Assembly: GCA_963826535.1 (NCBI GenBank)
Contig: CAWGXL010000010.1
Coordinates: 362,814 to 426,813 of the forward strand
Length of the DNA: 64,000 nt
DNA from: an uncultured bacterium
Lineage (GTDB): Bacteria; Patescibacteriota; Microgenomatia; Levybacterales; UBA12049
Direction of reading: 5' to 3'
In this document: positions 37,857-47,735 of the stretch, one piece after another
Layout: the number at the start of each line of letters is the position of its first letter
How positions within the stretch are numbered: position 1 is the stretch's first letter
The notes under the pieces: generated by a model
Databases searched by the model: none
Told to the model about the DNA's origin: nothing
The model's input: only the letters and a program-made list of their open reading frames with translations
Program-made: the position numbers and the translations under genes

Positions 37857-39611
37857 ATGAATCAAAAAATTCCTAAAAACCCAATTTTATTTGGTCTTTT
37901 ATTAAGTACGCTCCACAAAAAATGGGCGGTAAGTGCTGTAGTTTTCGTACTTTTGGCGACAGGACTAAGTAAATTTAATGTAATTGTTCTTCGCAATCTC
38001 ACTGATTCTATAGCGATGGACAATATTATATTGAATAATGTGTTGGTTTGGGCAAGTCTATACCCTTTAGTTTATTTAATTACACACTTAATATGGCGAC
38101 TCAGTGGATTTGCTGGGATCCGATGGTTTATGTACCTGAGAACATCTGCATACAAAATGCTTTACGAATATTTGACACTTCACAGCAAGGACTACTTCAA
38201 TAGCCGTTTTGCGGGATCACTTGCCAATAAAATATCTAATGCAGTTGACGGAACAGACAACCTTTTTATGTTAATCCTATGGGAATTCAAGCCTTTAGTT
38301 ATTGGATTACTTTGGTATATAAGCTTTACTTGGCTTAGCGATTGGCGGCTTGGTATAATAATTGCTATTTGGTCTGTGCTATTTCTTGGATTGAACTTCT
38401 GGTTTGCCAAAAAACTACAACCCTACTCCTTCAAATACGCCGAGTCGCTCTCTTCTCTCAGAGGAAGAATTGTAGATTCCCTGTCTAATATTTCTGTTGT
38501 ACAAGAAACTGCCCAATTAACAGGAGAGCGCAAGTACATAGAAAAATTTGTCAAAAAGGAACAGATTACCGGAATTGATCATTGGTATGTCAGTGAATGG
38601 ATACTAACAATAAACGGAATACTAATCTTCATATTCATATTTCTTATGATTGGAACATCTATTTTTCTTTTTCAAAATCAATTAGTTAGTATTGGTGTCG
38701 TCGTTATGGTCATAGCAATAGTAAGTGATCTCTCAAACCAGTTTCTCTTTATTGGACAGGAATTGAAAAATGCTGCGAGATACTATGGAGAAGCAAAGGA
38801 AGGGCTCGTAGAGATTTTAAGTGAGCATATTATTAAAGATAGCCCTGGTTCTTCAGATCTTAAATTGGAAAATGGAAATATTAATATTGAGTCAGTCGAC
38901 TTTAATTATGAAAATAAAATAGTATTTAATAATTTTTCACTAGACATCCCGGCAGGACAAAAGGTGGGTTTAGTTGGTAGAAGTGGCTCAGGAAAAACCA
39001 CTTTTGTTTCGCTATTACTCCGACACTATGATGTTCAGGAAGGTGCAATTAAAATTGACGGACAAAATATAATAAATGTAAAACTTGAAAGCTTAAGACG
39101 TGCTATATCATTTGTTCCTCAAGATACAAGCCTTTTCCATAGAACTATCAAAGAAAATATAAGCTACAGCAATCCGGATGCAACACAAGAAGAAATTTTG
39201 CGTGCTGCAAAACTGAGCCAGGCAGATGAATTTATAGTAAATCTTCCCCATGGATACAATACTCTTGTGGGAGAGCGTGGAGTAAAACTTTCAGGAGGAC
39301 AACGACAAAGAATTGCCATCGCCCGAGCTTTTCTGAAAAACTCACCAATTCTAATTCTTGATGAAGCAACAAGCAGTCTCGACAGCCAAAGCGAGCAAAT
39401 TATCCAGCTTTCAGTTGAAAAACTTATGAAAGGCCGGACAGTTATTGCAATAGCTCATAGATTATCCACTTTAAAAGAGATGGATAGAATAGTAGTTATT
39501 GAAAATGGAAAAATAGTTGAAGACGGTAATCCTGAAGAATTACTAAAAAAAATAAAAGGGAAATTCAGAAATATGTGGGATCATCAGGTAAAAGGATTTA
39601 TTATCGATTGA
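37857..39611 (+). CDS. ABC exporter, fused permease/ATPase (MsbA/MdlB-like)
   Basis: TM domain plus GRSGSGKTT, VGERGVKLSGGQRQR, LILDEATSSLD, IAHRLST. Confidence 0.92.
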   Translation: MNQKIPKNPILFGLLLSTLHKKWAVSAVVFVLLATGLSKFNVIVLRNLTDSIAMDNIILNNVLVWASLYPLVYLITHLIWRLSGFAGIRWFMYLRTSAYKMLYEYLTLHSKDYFNSRFAGSLANKISNAVDGTDNLFMLILWEFKPLVIGLLWYISFTWLSDWRLGIIIAIWSVLFLGLNFWFAKKLQPYSFKYAESLSSLRGRIVDSLSNISVVQETAQLTGERKYIEKFVKKEQITGIDHWYVSEWILTINGILIFIFIFLMIGTSIFLFQNQLVSIGVVVMVIAIVSDLSNQFLFIGQELKNAARYYGEAKEGLVEILSEHIIKDSPGSSDLKLENGNINIESVDFNYENKIVFNNFSLDIPAGQKVGLVGRSGSGKTTFVSLLLRHYDVQEGAIKIDGQNIINVKLESLRRAISFVPQDTSLFHRTIKENISYSNPDATQEEILRAAKLSQADEFIVNLPHGYNTLVGERGVKLSGGQRQRIAIARAFLKNSPILILDEATSSLDSQSEQIIQLSVEKLMKGRTVIAIAHRLSTLKEMDRIVVIENGKIVEDGNPEELLKKIKGKFRNMWDHQVKGFIID

Positions 39612-39779
39612 TAATTCTGATTCAATTTATTTCTGACCTAGAACTAACTTGGCAGAATTAGAGCAACGTCCTGTAAAAGTAAAATTAGGATTTATGTAAA
39701 TATCTCAATGGTACTTTGCGTTGTAGATTGAATCCAAGGAAGAAGATTTTTCTTTGGATTTAAGGATTCACTCCCGGAT

Positions 39780-41429
39780 TTATTCTTTCACTACGGTTAC
39801 AACTTTCGTTTTTAGTTTGCCCTTTTTATCTTTATAAATATGGATATTCTTTTCCCATTGTTCAGATCGTTCTGGATAGTCAGATCGATAATGAGCACCC
39901 CTGCTCTCTTTTCGTTCAATTGCGCCAAGTATAACTGCTTCTGCTACTTCTAACATATTTTGTACTTCAATTGCTGCTTGTAATTCCTTAAGAGTTTTTG
40001 CAGTTAATTCTCTTGCTTTTTTTTCTAAATTTCTAATATCTTTCCCAGCTTCTTGTAGTTTTTTTTCATCCCGAATGATTCCAACTTTATCCCACATGAT
40101 TTGTTTAATCTTTTTCATAATATCTTGTGGTTGTGTCCCGGTTTGTCGACGTAGAAAAGATTGTAATCGTTTCACTTCTGATGTAATCATACTCCCAGGG
40201 ATATCAACAAGTGTTTGTGATTTTACGTAATCTGAAGTTCGTTTGCCCGCACGACAGCCGAATACTTGCCCTTCAGCAAGAGAATTTCCACCCAAACGAT
40301 TAGCGCCATGAACATTTGTTGTTACTTCACCTACTGCGTATAATCCGTTAACAATTGTTTCCCCCCATTCATTAATTACAATGCCGCCCATAAAGTGATG
40401 CATTGATGGCGCAATCTCCATCATTTGTTTTCTAATATCTATACCAACTGCTATATGCTCTTCAAACACATCAGGAATAAGTTTTTCTGCTTTTCCCTTT
40501 TCCCAATGTGTTATATCAAGATATACACCTCCATGCCCAGTTCCTCTTCCTTCTTTGATCTCTTGAAGAATTGCGCGTGTTACCTCATCCCGCCCTGCAA
40601 GCTCCATCCTTTCCGGTTGATATCGTTTCATAAATCGTTCACCATTTTTATTTTTTAAAATACCACCATTCCCCCGGACTTTTTCTGTTATAAGCGTTCC
40701 TCTTTTTTCAGGTGGCCATGCCATACCTGTTGGATGAAACTGAATCATTTCCATATCAGAAAGTTCGCATCCTACTCCGAGTCCCCATGCATACCCTTCG
40801 CCAGTATTACTTGGCGCGTTGGTGTTTATTAAATACATTTGTCCCGCACCGCCTGATGCAACAATTGTTGCTTTTGCTTCTACTACTTTTTGTTGTCCTG
40901 TTTTTTGATCAAATAAAAATGCGCCTGCAACTTTGTTATCTACTTTAAATAATTTCGTGACAAAATGATTTTCCAAGCGAGGTATTTTCCGTTTATTAAG
41001 TTCTGCTAATAGTCCTGCCATCATCTCGCGTCCGGTATAATCTCCTGCGCATATATTTAGTGGTGCAGAATGTTTTCCGCCTGCCCAGGTAAAATATGTC
41101 CCATCCGGCAATCGATCAAATTGTACGCCAAAACTTTCTAAATCACGAATACGATCCGGCATTTCATCAGTAAATATTTTTGCCATTTTATAATTATTAA
41201 TAAACCATCCGCCTTTAATCGTATCTTGGTAATGTTGTCCAGGAGTTGCCGGTGCTTTCAATGCTACATTAAGTCCTCCCATTGCCATTGAGGTATGAGC
41301 TTCTTTAAGAAATTCCTTTGCAACAACCAAAACTTTTGCTCCGGATTTTGCAGCTTCAATAGTTGCCCGAAGTCCCGATCCGCCAGAACCAATAATAAGG
41401 ATATCTGTCTTTATTTTTACAATTTGCAT
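39780..41429 (-). CDS. Succinate dehydrogenase/fumarate reductase flavoprotein-family protein
   Basis: IIGSGGSG, AHTSMAMGG, QFHPTG, EKVRGNGG, RDEVTRAI, HHFMGG, HGANRLGGNSL, ESRGAHYRSDYP. Confidence 0.88.
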   Translation of the reverse strand: MQIVKIKTDILIIGSGGSGLRATIEAAKSGAKVLVVAKEFLKEAHTSMAMGGLNVALKAPATPGQHYQDTIKGGWFINNYKMAKIFTDEMPDRIRDLESFGVQFDRLPDGTYFTWAGGKHSAPLNICAGDYTGREMMAGLLAELNKRKIPRLENHFVTKLFKVDNKVAGAFLFDQKTGQQKVVEAKATIVASGGAGQMYLINTNAPSNTGEGYAWGLGVGCELSDMEMIQFHPTGMAWPPEKRGTLITEKVRGNGGILKNKNGERFMKRYQPERMELAGRDEVTRAILQEIKEGRGTGHGGVYLDITHWEKGKAEKLIPDVFEEHIAVGIDIRKQMMEIAPSMHHFMGGIVINEWGETIVNGLYAVGEVTTNVHGANRLGGNSLAEGQVFGCRAGKRTSDYVKSQTLVDIPGSMITSEVKRLQSFLRRQTGTQPQDIMKKIKQIMWDKVGIIRDEKKLQEAGKDIRNLEKKARELTAKTLKELQAAIEVQNMLEVAEAVILGAIERKESRGAHYRSDYPERSEQWEKNIHIYKDKKGKLKTKVVTVVKE

Positions 41430-41949
41430 AAAAATTTAATTTAGTATATCAGTTTTTTTAATATTTTTCAGGAATAAAATGTCTTTCATGATTATAGTTT
41501 CATCACTATTTTTTGCTCAACCGCCATAAAATAAAAGAAGGGTTCCTCTCCCACAAAACCTAAAGCTTTTAATATTTTGTTACAATTTGATATAATCTCC
41601 ATACTTTATTGTAGAAGTACCTTTAGACTCACGCATCCATGAAAATTTAGCGCAGTATGGCAAGATTGGCGGGGGAGTAGAAACTCACCTTCTTGCCTCA
41701 TCGGAGTTCTTCCTTGCTCGGCACGATCTTGCAAAACCGGATGGTTCTTTACGTTACGAAATAACCCAAGCCAATGGTCTTACTTTTTTAACTGATCCAG
41801 AAAAACCCGAATTAAAACCAGGAGAAATGTCAGTATATCCATACACAGATGAAGCTACAATGTTGTTAGGAATGACAACGCCAATAAAAAGTATCCGGGG
41901 CAAACGACAGGATTGCGGCTCAGTATCAGGAAAAATTAAATTTACTATA

Positions 41950-42204
41950 CTAAGTGCCTCGATGAAGCATCCGTCCAATCCAGATAACAATACATGCACC
42001 AATCACCGCAACAACAAAACTATAGAGATCAAAGCCAGTTACACCAGGTTGACCAAACGTATTAAAGAGCCATCCGCCGACGATTGCACCAATAATACCC
42101 ATAATAATATCCATCAACATCCCTTGACTGGCATTTGTTTTCATAATGACCGAAGCGATCCATCCTGCAACCGCGCCAAAAATGATCCACACTAGAAAAT
42201 TCAT
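41950..42204 (-). CDS. GlsB/YeaQ/YmgE family (transglycosylase-associated) membrane protein
   Basis: 'WIIFGAVAGWIAS...IIMGIIGAIVGGWL...SFVVAVIGA'; AGGAGGTG RBS. Confidence 0.9.
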   Translation of the reverse strand: MNFLVWIIFGAVAGWIASVIMKTNASQGMLMDIIMGIIGAIVGGWLFNTFGQPGVTGFDLYSFVVAVIGACIVIWIGRMLHRGT

Positions 42205-42274
42205 AAAATAATCACCTCCTTTCTATACATTTTGATTTTTAATATACATGAGCTATATATAAATGTTGTAAGAA

Positions 42275-43873
42275 TTATGTTAATGTTGTGTTAGTTCTTT
42301 TTAGAAGTAAGCCTCGTCTTCCAATGGGCAATGAGAAGCAAAAAATCGAACCTTTGCCTTTCTCACTATTTACCCAAATTCGACCTTTATGCCTCTTGAT
42401 TATTTCTGCACAAATATACAAACCCAAGCCTAAACCGGGATAAATTTGCTGACCATCACCATTGACTCGATGAAGTCTATCAAAGACTTTCTTCTGATCT
42501 TCTTTAGAAACTCCAATACCAAAATCCTGAACACCCAGCGTTATATATTCTTTTTCCAATATTATCTTAATAATAATCTTATTTGAGCGGGGAGAATATT
42601 TTATTGCATTAGATATAAGATTAGTTATCACTTGGCCAATTCGATCACGATCCCCATTAATATTCTTCGTTTTTGCAAACTCTTTCATTATTTTATGATT
42701 ATTAGTAGTATGTTGCATCTCCTCAATAATCTCTGATACAAGTTCATTAAAATCAAATCTCACTTCCCGAAATTGGAGTTTTCCCTCTTCGATTCTAGTA
42801 ACATCTAATAGATCTGAAATTAGTTTTGTTAACTTATCAATTTGCAGATTCATCTTTGTAATAAGCTCAGCTGATTTCTTATCATTAAGTTTTAAAAACC
42901 TCTTCTGCAGAAATTGAGTGTATGCCTTTACACTTGTGATCGGTGTTTTTAATTCATGAGAAGCAATCCCTATAAATTCATCCTTTTGGCGCTCAAGAGT
43001 CTTCCGTCTTTCTATTTCGGCTTCAAGCGACCTTGCCTTTTGCTGCAATAAAGTAATAGCACGAAGACGGGAATCTGTACTTTCAAGTGATGCATAACTT
43101 TCATCAGGCAACACTCCGGAATGCTGTACGCAAATTTCTGAAAATGGCGCCGTATGAGCATTACCACCAAAACCCTTCATAGGATAAGCACAAAAAAGTG
43201 AAAATGAAAAAGCTTTACTTATTTCATTCCAAAGATCTTCTAAACGAATTGCTGCAGCTTTATTACCTTGCGCCCAAAGGATTGCTACCATTTCGCCAAA
43301 AATCCGCACACTATGCCTGCCAATTGTGGCTCGTGTGATAACACCCCCAATCGTTTCATAAAACCGCTTTGGATCTGGCATACCACCAACCATAAATTTA
43401 CCCATTGTCTCTGCCGCATCCAATGAGATATATTTATCCGTTGCTATAGACTCATCTAAATTTAGACCAATATTTTCTAGACCTTTCTTCAATTTTGCCC
43501 GGTGCTCCGGAGTTGCGACAACTATTGCAGCATCAGCATCTCTAATAAAATCCCTTATAGAGTTTATAAGAAAAGCATCACTATCATAAAATTGTACAAG
43601 GTGTGAAGTATCCTGGATCTCACTGAAAACCGAGTTCGGGGTAAAAAGATTAGTGGTTCCGTTAGATATATTGCTTTTTGTTAAACCCGAATTTACCATT
43701 AGCATTAATTCATCTTTGGTAAAACGCCAATCTCCCCGTGATCCAACTTTAACACCTTGTAACCGGTTTTCTTGAGCCCATCTTCGAATAGTTCCTGGAT
43801 TAACGTTTAGATATCCAGCAGCTTGAGGTACAGTAAGTAGTTTAGTAGAAATATTATCTTTATTGACTGGCAT
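42275..43873 (-). CDS. Cytoplasmic histidine kinase with N-terminal excisionase-type HTH and MEDS sensory domain
   Basis: 'LLTVPQAAGYLNVNPGTIRRW...RGDWRF'; 'HLVQFY...VRIFGEMVAILW...LEDLWN...LFCAY'; 'ASHELKTP', 'NLISNAIKY', 'GLGLGL', 'GKGSIF'. Confidence 0.85.
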   Translation of the reverse strand: MPVNKDNISTKLLTVPQAAGYLNVNPGTIRRWAQENRLQGVKVGSRGDWRFTKDELMLMVNSGLTKSNISNGTTNLFTPNSVFSEIQDTSHLVQFYDSDAFLINSIRDFIRDADAAIVVATPEHRAKLKKGLENIGLNLDESIATDKYISLDAAETMGKFMVGGMPDPKRFYETIGGVITRATIGRHSVRIFGEMVAILWAQGNKAAAIRLEDLWNEISKAFSFSLFCAYPMKGFGGNAHTAPFSEICVQHSGVLPDESYASLESTDSRLRAITLLQQKARSLEAEIERRKTLERQKDEFIGIASHELKTPITSVKAYTQFLQKRFLKLNDKKSAELITKMNLQIDKLTKLISDLLDVTRIEEGKLQFREVRFDFNELVSEIIEEMQHTTNNHKIMKEFAKTKNINGDRDRIGQVITNLISNAIKYSPRSNKIIIKIILEKEYITLGVQDFGIGVSKEDQKKVFDRLHRVNGDGQQIYPGLGLGLYICAEIIKRHKGRIWVNSEKGKGSIFCFSLPIGRRGLLLKRTNTTLT

Positions 43874-43996
43874 TTACTTACCTAGAGTACCATTTAATCA
43901 CACACTATGCAAGATAACAAACCCGGTCAATTTAAATAAATGAACAATTACTGAAAGTTTCTTTGCATTGCTGAAAATCCATGTTATAATTTTTAT

Positions 43997-44449
43997 ATGT
44001 TAAAACAACAACTACGGGATGAATTAAAAAAATCAATGCTTGCCAGAGAAACAGTTAATACTTCGGTATTGCGGATGACACTTTCTGCAGTGGGTTATTA
44101 TGAGACTCAAAAGGGAGGCGCAGGTTATGAAGCAACGGATGAGGATGTTTTAATTGTCATACAGAAAGAAGTTAAGCAACATAGAGATTCAATTGAACAA
44201 TTCACAGCCGGTGGTAGACAGGATTTAGTTGATAAGGAGACTAAAGAACTCGAAATTCTACAAAAATATTTACCTGCGCAAATGAGTGAAGCAGAAGTAA
44301 AAAAATTAGTTGTTGAAGCAGTCAAAAAAACAGGAGCAGTCTCAATCACCGATATGGGTAAAGTAATGGGTACATTGATGCCAAAAGTAAAAGGTAAAGC
44401 CGATGGGGGATTGGTAAGTAAATTGGTAAGAGAAGAATTGGCAAAGTAG
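43997..44449 (+). CDS. GatB/YqeY domain protein
   Basis: 'KEVKQHRDSIEQF...GRQDLV...YLPAQMSE...DMGKVMG...GKADG'. Confidence 0.92.
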   Translation: MLKQQLRDELKKSMLARETVNTSVLRMTLSAVGYYETQKGGAGYEATDEDVLIVIQKEVKQHRDSIEQFTAGGRQDLVDKETKELEILQKYLPAQMSEAEVKKLVVEAVKKTGAVSITDMGKVMGTLMPKVKGKADGGLVSKLVREELAK

Positions 44450-44452
44450 CAA

Positions 44453-44836
44453 TTATCTAAATAAATTTTTTATCTTCTGCAAAAAAGATAGCCTGCCACT
44501 ACTATCTTGACTGGCATTTTGTTCTACTTGAATAACCTGCTCCACTGTTGACGGCGGCGTAGGTTGTCCGTTTTGTAAAGCTCCAACTATTTGCTGAAAT
44601 TGTTGTGGAAAAACCTGCGCTGACTGTCCGGTAGCTTTCTGCACAACGCCATTTTTAAAAAGTTCTCCAATGGTCATATTCATAAGTTTATTATTGCCGG
44701 TCATCTTAAGGAGCTCCTGAAGCTGATGCGGACCGATTTGCATAGCCTGCATTACTACCCCTTGAGCTTGATTATTGTTCTGTAATATTTCTCCAAGAGT
44801 TTTATTCAATATTTGCGGTTTCGCTTCGTCGGCCAT
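44453..44836 (-). CDS. Hypothetical Gln-rich protein
   Basis: ORF from ATG 44836 just after secF; internal repeat 'NKTLGEIL'/'NMTIGELF'. Confidence 0.6.
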   Translation of the reverse strand: MADEAKPQILNKTLGEILQNNNQAQGVVMQAMQIGPHQLQELLKMTGNNKLMNMTIGELFKNGVVQKATGQSAQVFPQQFQQIVGALQNGQPTPPSTVEQVIQVEQNASQDSSGRLSFLQKIKNLFR

Positions 44837-44846
44837 ATAACTATTA

Positions 44847-45758
44847 TTACACAATTTTCTTTTTTCGTCTTGTGTCAAATTCTTCCCATGCGACCAGCAG
44901 GGCAGACGCATTAAATATCGAAGAGTATGTCCCGCTTCCAATACCGATCAGGAGGGCTACAATAAACCAGCGAAGAGTTTCGCCACCAAATATTAATAAT
45001 GTAAACAATACAAGCATAGCTGTAAGTGATGTATTTAAAGACCGGGTCAATGTCTGAAGAATTGAATTATTAACAATTTGTGCAAATCGCAAATCAGTAG
45101 ATAGTCTTAGATTTTCTCGAATTCGGTCGAACACCACAATTGTGTCATGCACGGAAAATCCAATTACTGTGAGTAGCGCAGTAACGAATAAACTATCAAT
45201 TTCCACTTTGAGGTAATGGCCAAGAATAGAAAAAATTCCAACCACTACCAGCGCGTCGTGAATAAGCGCGATTATGGCGCAGATTCCAAACTTCCAGCTG
45301 CTTGTCGGTTTAGGTACTTTGCGGAATGACCAGGCTATATAAAACACTATCAAAACAGAAGCTAGCAAAACAGCTTTTATTGCATTCGATGCAGTTTCTC
45401 CACCAATAGTGGGTCCAATTGTCTCGAATTCTTCCTGCTTTATCTGTTTAACTTTAATTTGTAGTTTTTTTACTAAATTAGCATTTTGTTTTTCGTCAAT
45501 TGGCTTGGTCCTTATAATAAGTTTATTGTCGGACGACTGAGTAGTAACTACATCTATTTTTTCTTCAGTGAAAGTACTTTTAACTATATTTTGCGTCTGC
45601 TCATTAATAGTTTTGGGGAATAATAATATCATTCGGGTGCCCCCTGTAAAATCAATTGATAAATTAAGTCCCCAAACAAACAATGAAACGACACCTGGTA
45701 TTATTACCAGAAGAGAAAACAGAAAGTACCAATTTTTTTTGCCTATAATGTCTAACAT
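44847..45758 (-). CDS. secF: Protein translocase subunit SecF
   Basis: SIDFTGG, IGPTIG, ALIHD, GFSVHDTIVVFDRIREN, GTYSSIF. Confidence 0.96.
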   Translation of the reverse strand: MLDIIGKKNWYFLFSLLVIIPGVVSLFVWGLNLSIDFTGGTRMILLFPKTINEQTQNIVKSTFTEEKIDVVTTQSSDNKLIIRTKPIDEKQNANLVKKLQIKVKQIKQEEFETIGPTIGGETASNAIKAVLLASVLIVFYIAWSFRKVPKPTSSWKFGICAIIALIHDALVVVGIFSILGHYLKVEIDSLFVTALLTVIGFSVHDTIVVFDRIRENLRLSTDLRFAQIVNNSILQTLTRSLNTSLTAMLVLFTLLIFGGETLRWFIVALLIGIGSGTYSSIFNASALLVAWEEFDTRRKKKIV

Positions 45759-45765
45759 AATTTTT

Positions 45766-47145
45766 CTATCTTGATAACGCTTTATTTTTATAAAACACTT
45801 TTAAGAAAGTTTTAGTTACAAAAATTGCCGAAAACATTGATACTATTATTCCAAGTGCCAAAGTCAACGCAAACCCCCGGACTATACCTGTGCCAAAATA
45901 ATATAATATTGCACAAGTTATTAAACTTGAAATGTTTGAATCGCGGATAGACGGCCATGCACGCACGAATCCTAGATTGATCGCCATATCCCTCGCCCTT
46001 CCGCGGCGTATTTCCTCCTTCATTCTCTCAAAAATCAAAATGTTTGCGTCTACCGCAATTCCAATTGATAAGATTAGACCGGCAATACCTGCAAGAGTCA
46101 AAGTTATGGGAATTAATCTAAATAATGACAAAAGAAGTAATGTATAAATTGCCAGGGCAAAACAAGCTACAATTCCTGGCTTTCCGTATAAGCTAATCAT
46201 GAAAATAATAATAACTAAAAAACCAATAAATCCTGCCAGTAAGCTTCTTTCCAGTGACGATTGCCCAAGTGTCGCCCCAATAGCTTGTTGCCGTAGTACT
46301 GAAAGTGAAACAGGTAAGGCACCCGCATTGAGTTGGATCTGCACCGTTTTAGCTTGTTCCGTTGTGAATTCACCTGTTATAACTGCGTTTCCTCCAAAAA
46401 TCGGCTCATTGACACGCGGAGCTTCAATTACTTGATTATCCAATGCAATTGCTACAATTTTTCCTACATTACGCTTAGTTATATCTGCAAATTTTTTTGC
46501 GCCATTACTTGTGAATGTCAATTGAACTTGAGGCTTACCTGAATTCTCATTGAAACTAACAGCTGCATTTTGCAAATCAGATCCTGTCAAATTTGTCTGC
46601 TTAGGATTCTCAAAAAGCTGCTGTATTCCTAAAGGAAGATCTGCTGAAGGAGAAGCCGTATTAACTTTAAGCTGGGCTGAACCACTTGCTACATCTTCCC
46701 AAAAAGTAAGCTTAGCTGTTTTCCCAATTAAACTAATTGCAGCATTGGCATCTGTTACTCCCGGAATTTCAACAATTATTCGATAATCACTACTGACACG
46801 CGAAGTTTGAACAATTGGTTCGGATACCCCCAAAAAATTGACTCTTTTCTCGATAACTGTTTTTGCTGATTCGAGTGCATTATCACGCTGAGAATCGTCA
46901 ACACCCTTCATATCTGCCTTTAGGGTTACACTGGTGCCTCCCTGTAAATCTAACCCTTTTCGAAAAGTTAGGTCTCTATTTAAATTTATACCTTCAAAAT
47001 TCCAGTGGATGGAGGTTTTTTGGTTTTGACCTGGAAGCTTTGGTAATTCAAAATTAAAAGCATATGGCTGAGCCAAATTTATAACTATTGCGGCTATGAA
47101 CAGGATTGCGATTATTACGAAGTAGATCCCGTCATTTCTCTTCAT
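45766..47145 (-). CDS. secD: Protein translocase subunit SecD
   Basis: GLDLQGG, GVSEP, LNAGALPV, TLAGIAG, AVDANILIFERMKEE, RGFALTL. Confidence 0.96.
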   Translation of the reverse strand: MKRNDGIYFVIIAILFIAAIVINLAQPYAFNFELPKLPGQNQKTSIHWNFEGINLNRDLTFRKGLDLQGGTSVTLKADMKGVDDSQRDNALESAKTVIEKRVNFLGVSEPIVQTSRVSSDYRIIVEIPGVTDANAAISLIGKTAKLTFWEDVASGSAQLKVNTASPSADLPLGIQQLFENPKQTNLTGSDLQNAAVSFNENSGKPQVQLTFTSNGAKKFADITKRNVGKIVAIALDNQVIEAPRVNEPIFGGNAVITGEFTTEQAKTVQIQLNAGALPVSLSVLRQQAIGATLGQSSLERSLLAGFIGFLVIIIFMISLYGKPGIVACFALAIYTLLLLSLFRLIPITLTLAGIAGLILSIGIAVDANILIFERMKEEIRRGRARDMAINLGFVRAWPSIRDSNISSLITCAILYYFGTGIVRGFALTLALGIIVSMFSAIFVTKTFLKVFYKNKALSR

Positions 47146-47717
47146 GAAACCATAGCCTCCTCATCACCAATCAGCATTACTCGTGTTCCCGATAAAATAG
47201 ATACCAGAAATGGATCATTTCTTTGTTTCCGGAATTTGAATTCCTCCTCAGTCATAGCTGTATAATTAATTTCTGTGCCACGTCTTGTTTCTTCATTGCG
47301 CACCAATATGGCAAGCTCCGGTAGTACTATTGTACCGACTACTATGAAGTCTACTTCCTCCGGTGATTGCTTTATCCTCCTTGCGTACTTCCCGGAAAAC
47401 ATTGCATATTTAATTTTTCCTAATTTTGCGCGGTTTTTTAGGATCTGAGCCCCAAGACCGATTGTTTTGGCTCCTATTTTTAGTAAATCATAATAAAATG
47501 GGTAATCTTTGGAGAGGGAATAATAAACTCTATTTGCTCTTGGCTCTCTATTAAATATTCCCTTTTTTTCAAGAAAGATGAGTTCACGTCTTACTGCATT
47601 GATTTCCTCTTCTGTTCTCCTCACACACTCTCGCACATGTAGCATCTCATGAGGATTGCTCAAAAAAACATTCAATAATTTTACACGAGTTTTTGATGTG
47701 ATAATGTCGGATAACAT
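47142..47717 (-). CDS. Winged-helix protein with C-terminal nucleotidyltransferase-like domain
   Basis: 'SKTRVKLL...HVRECVR...INAVRREL' wHTH; 'VDFIVVG...EINYTAMTEEEF'. Confidence 0.65.
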   Translation of the reverse strand: MLSDIITSKTRVKLLNVFLSNPHEMLHVRECVRRTEEEINAVRRELIFLEKKGIFNREPRANRVYYSLSKDYPFYYDLLKIGAKTIGLGAQILKNRAKLGKIKYAMFSGKYARRIKQSPEEVDFIVVGTIVLPELAILVRNEETRRGTEINYTAMTEEEFKFRKQRNDPFLVSILSGTRVMLIGDEEAMVS

Positions 47718-47735
47718 GTGAACATTATATCAATT

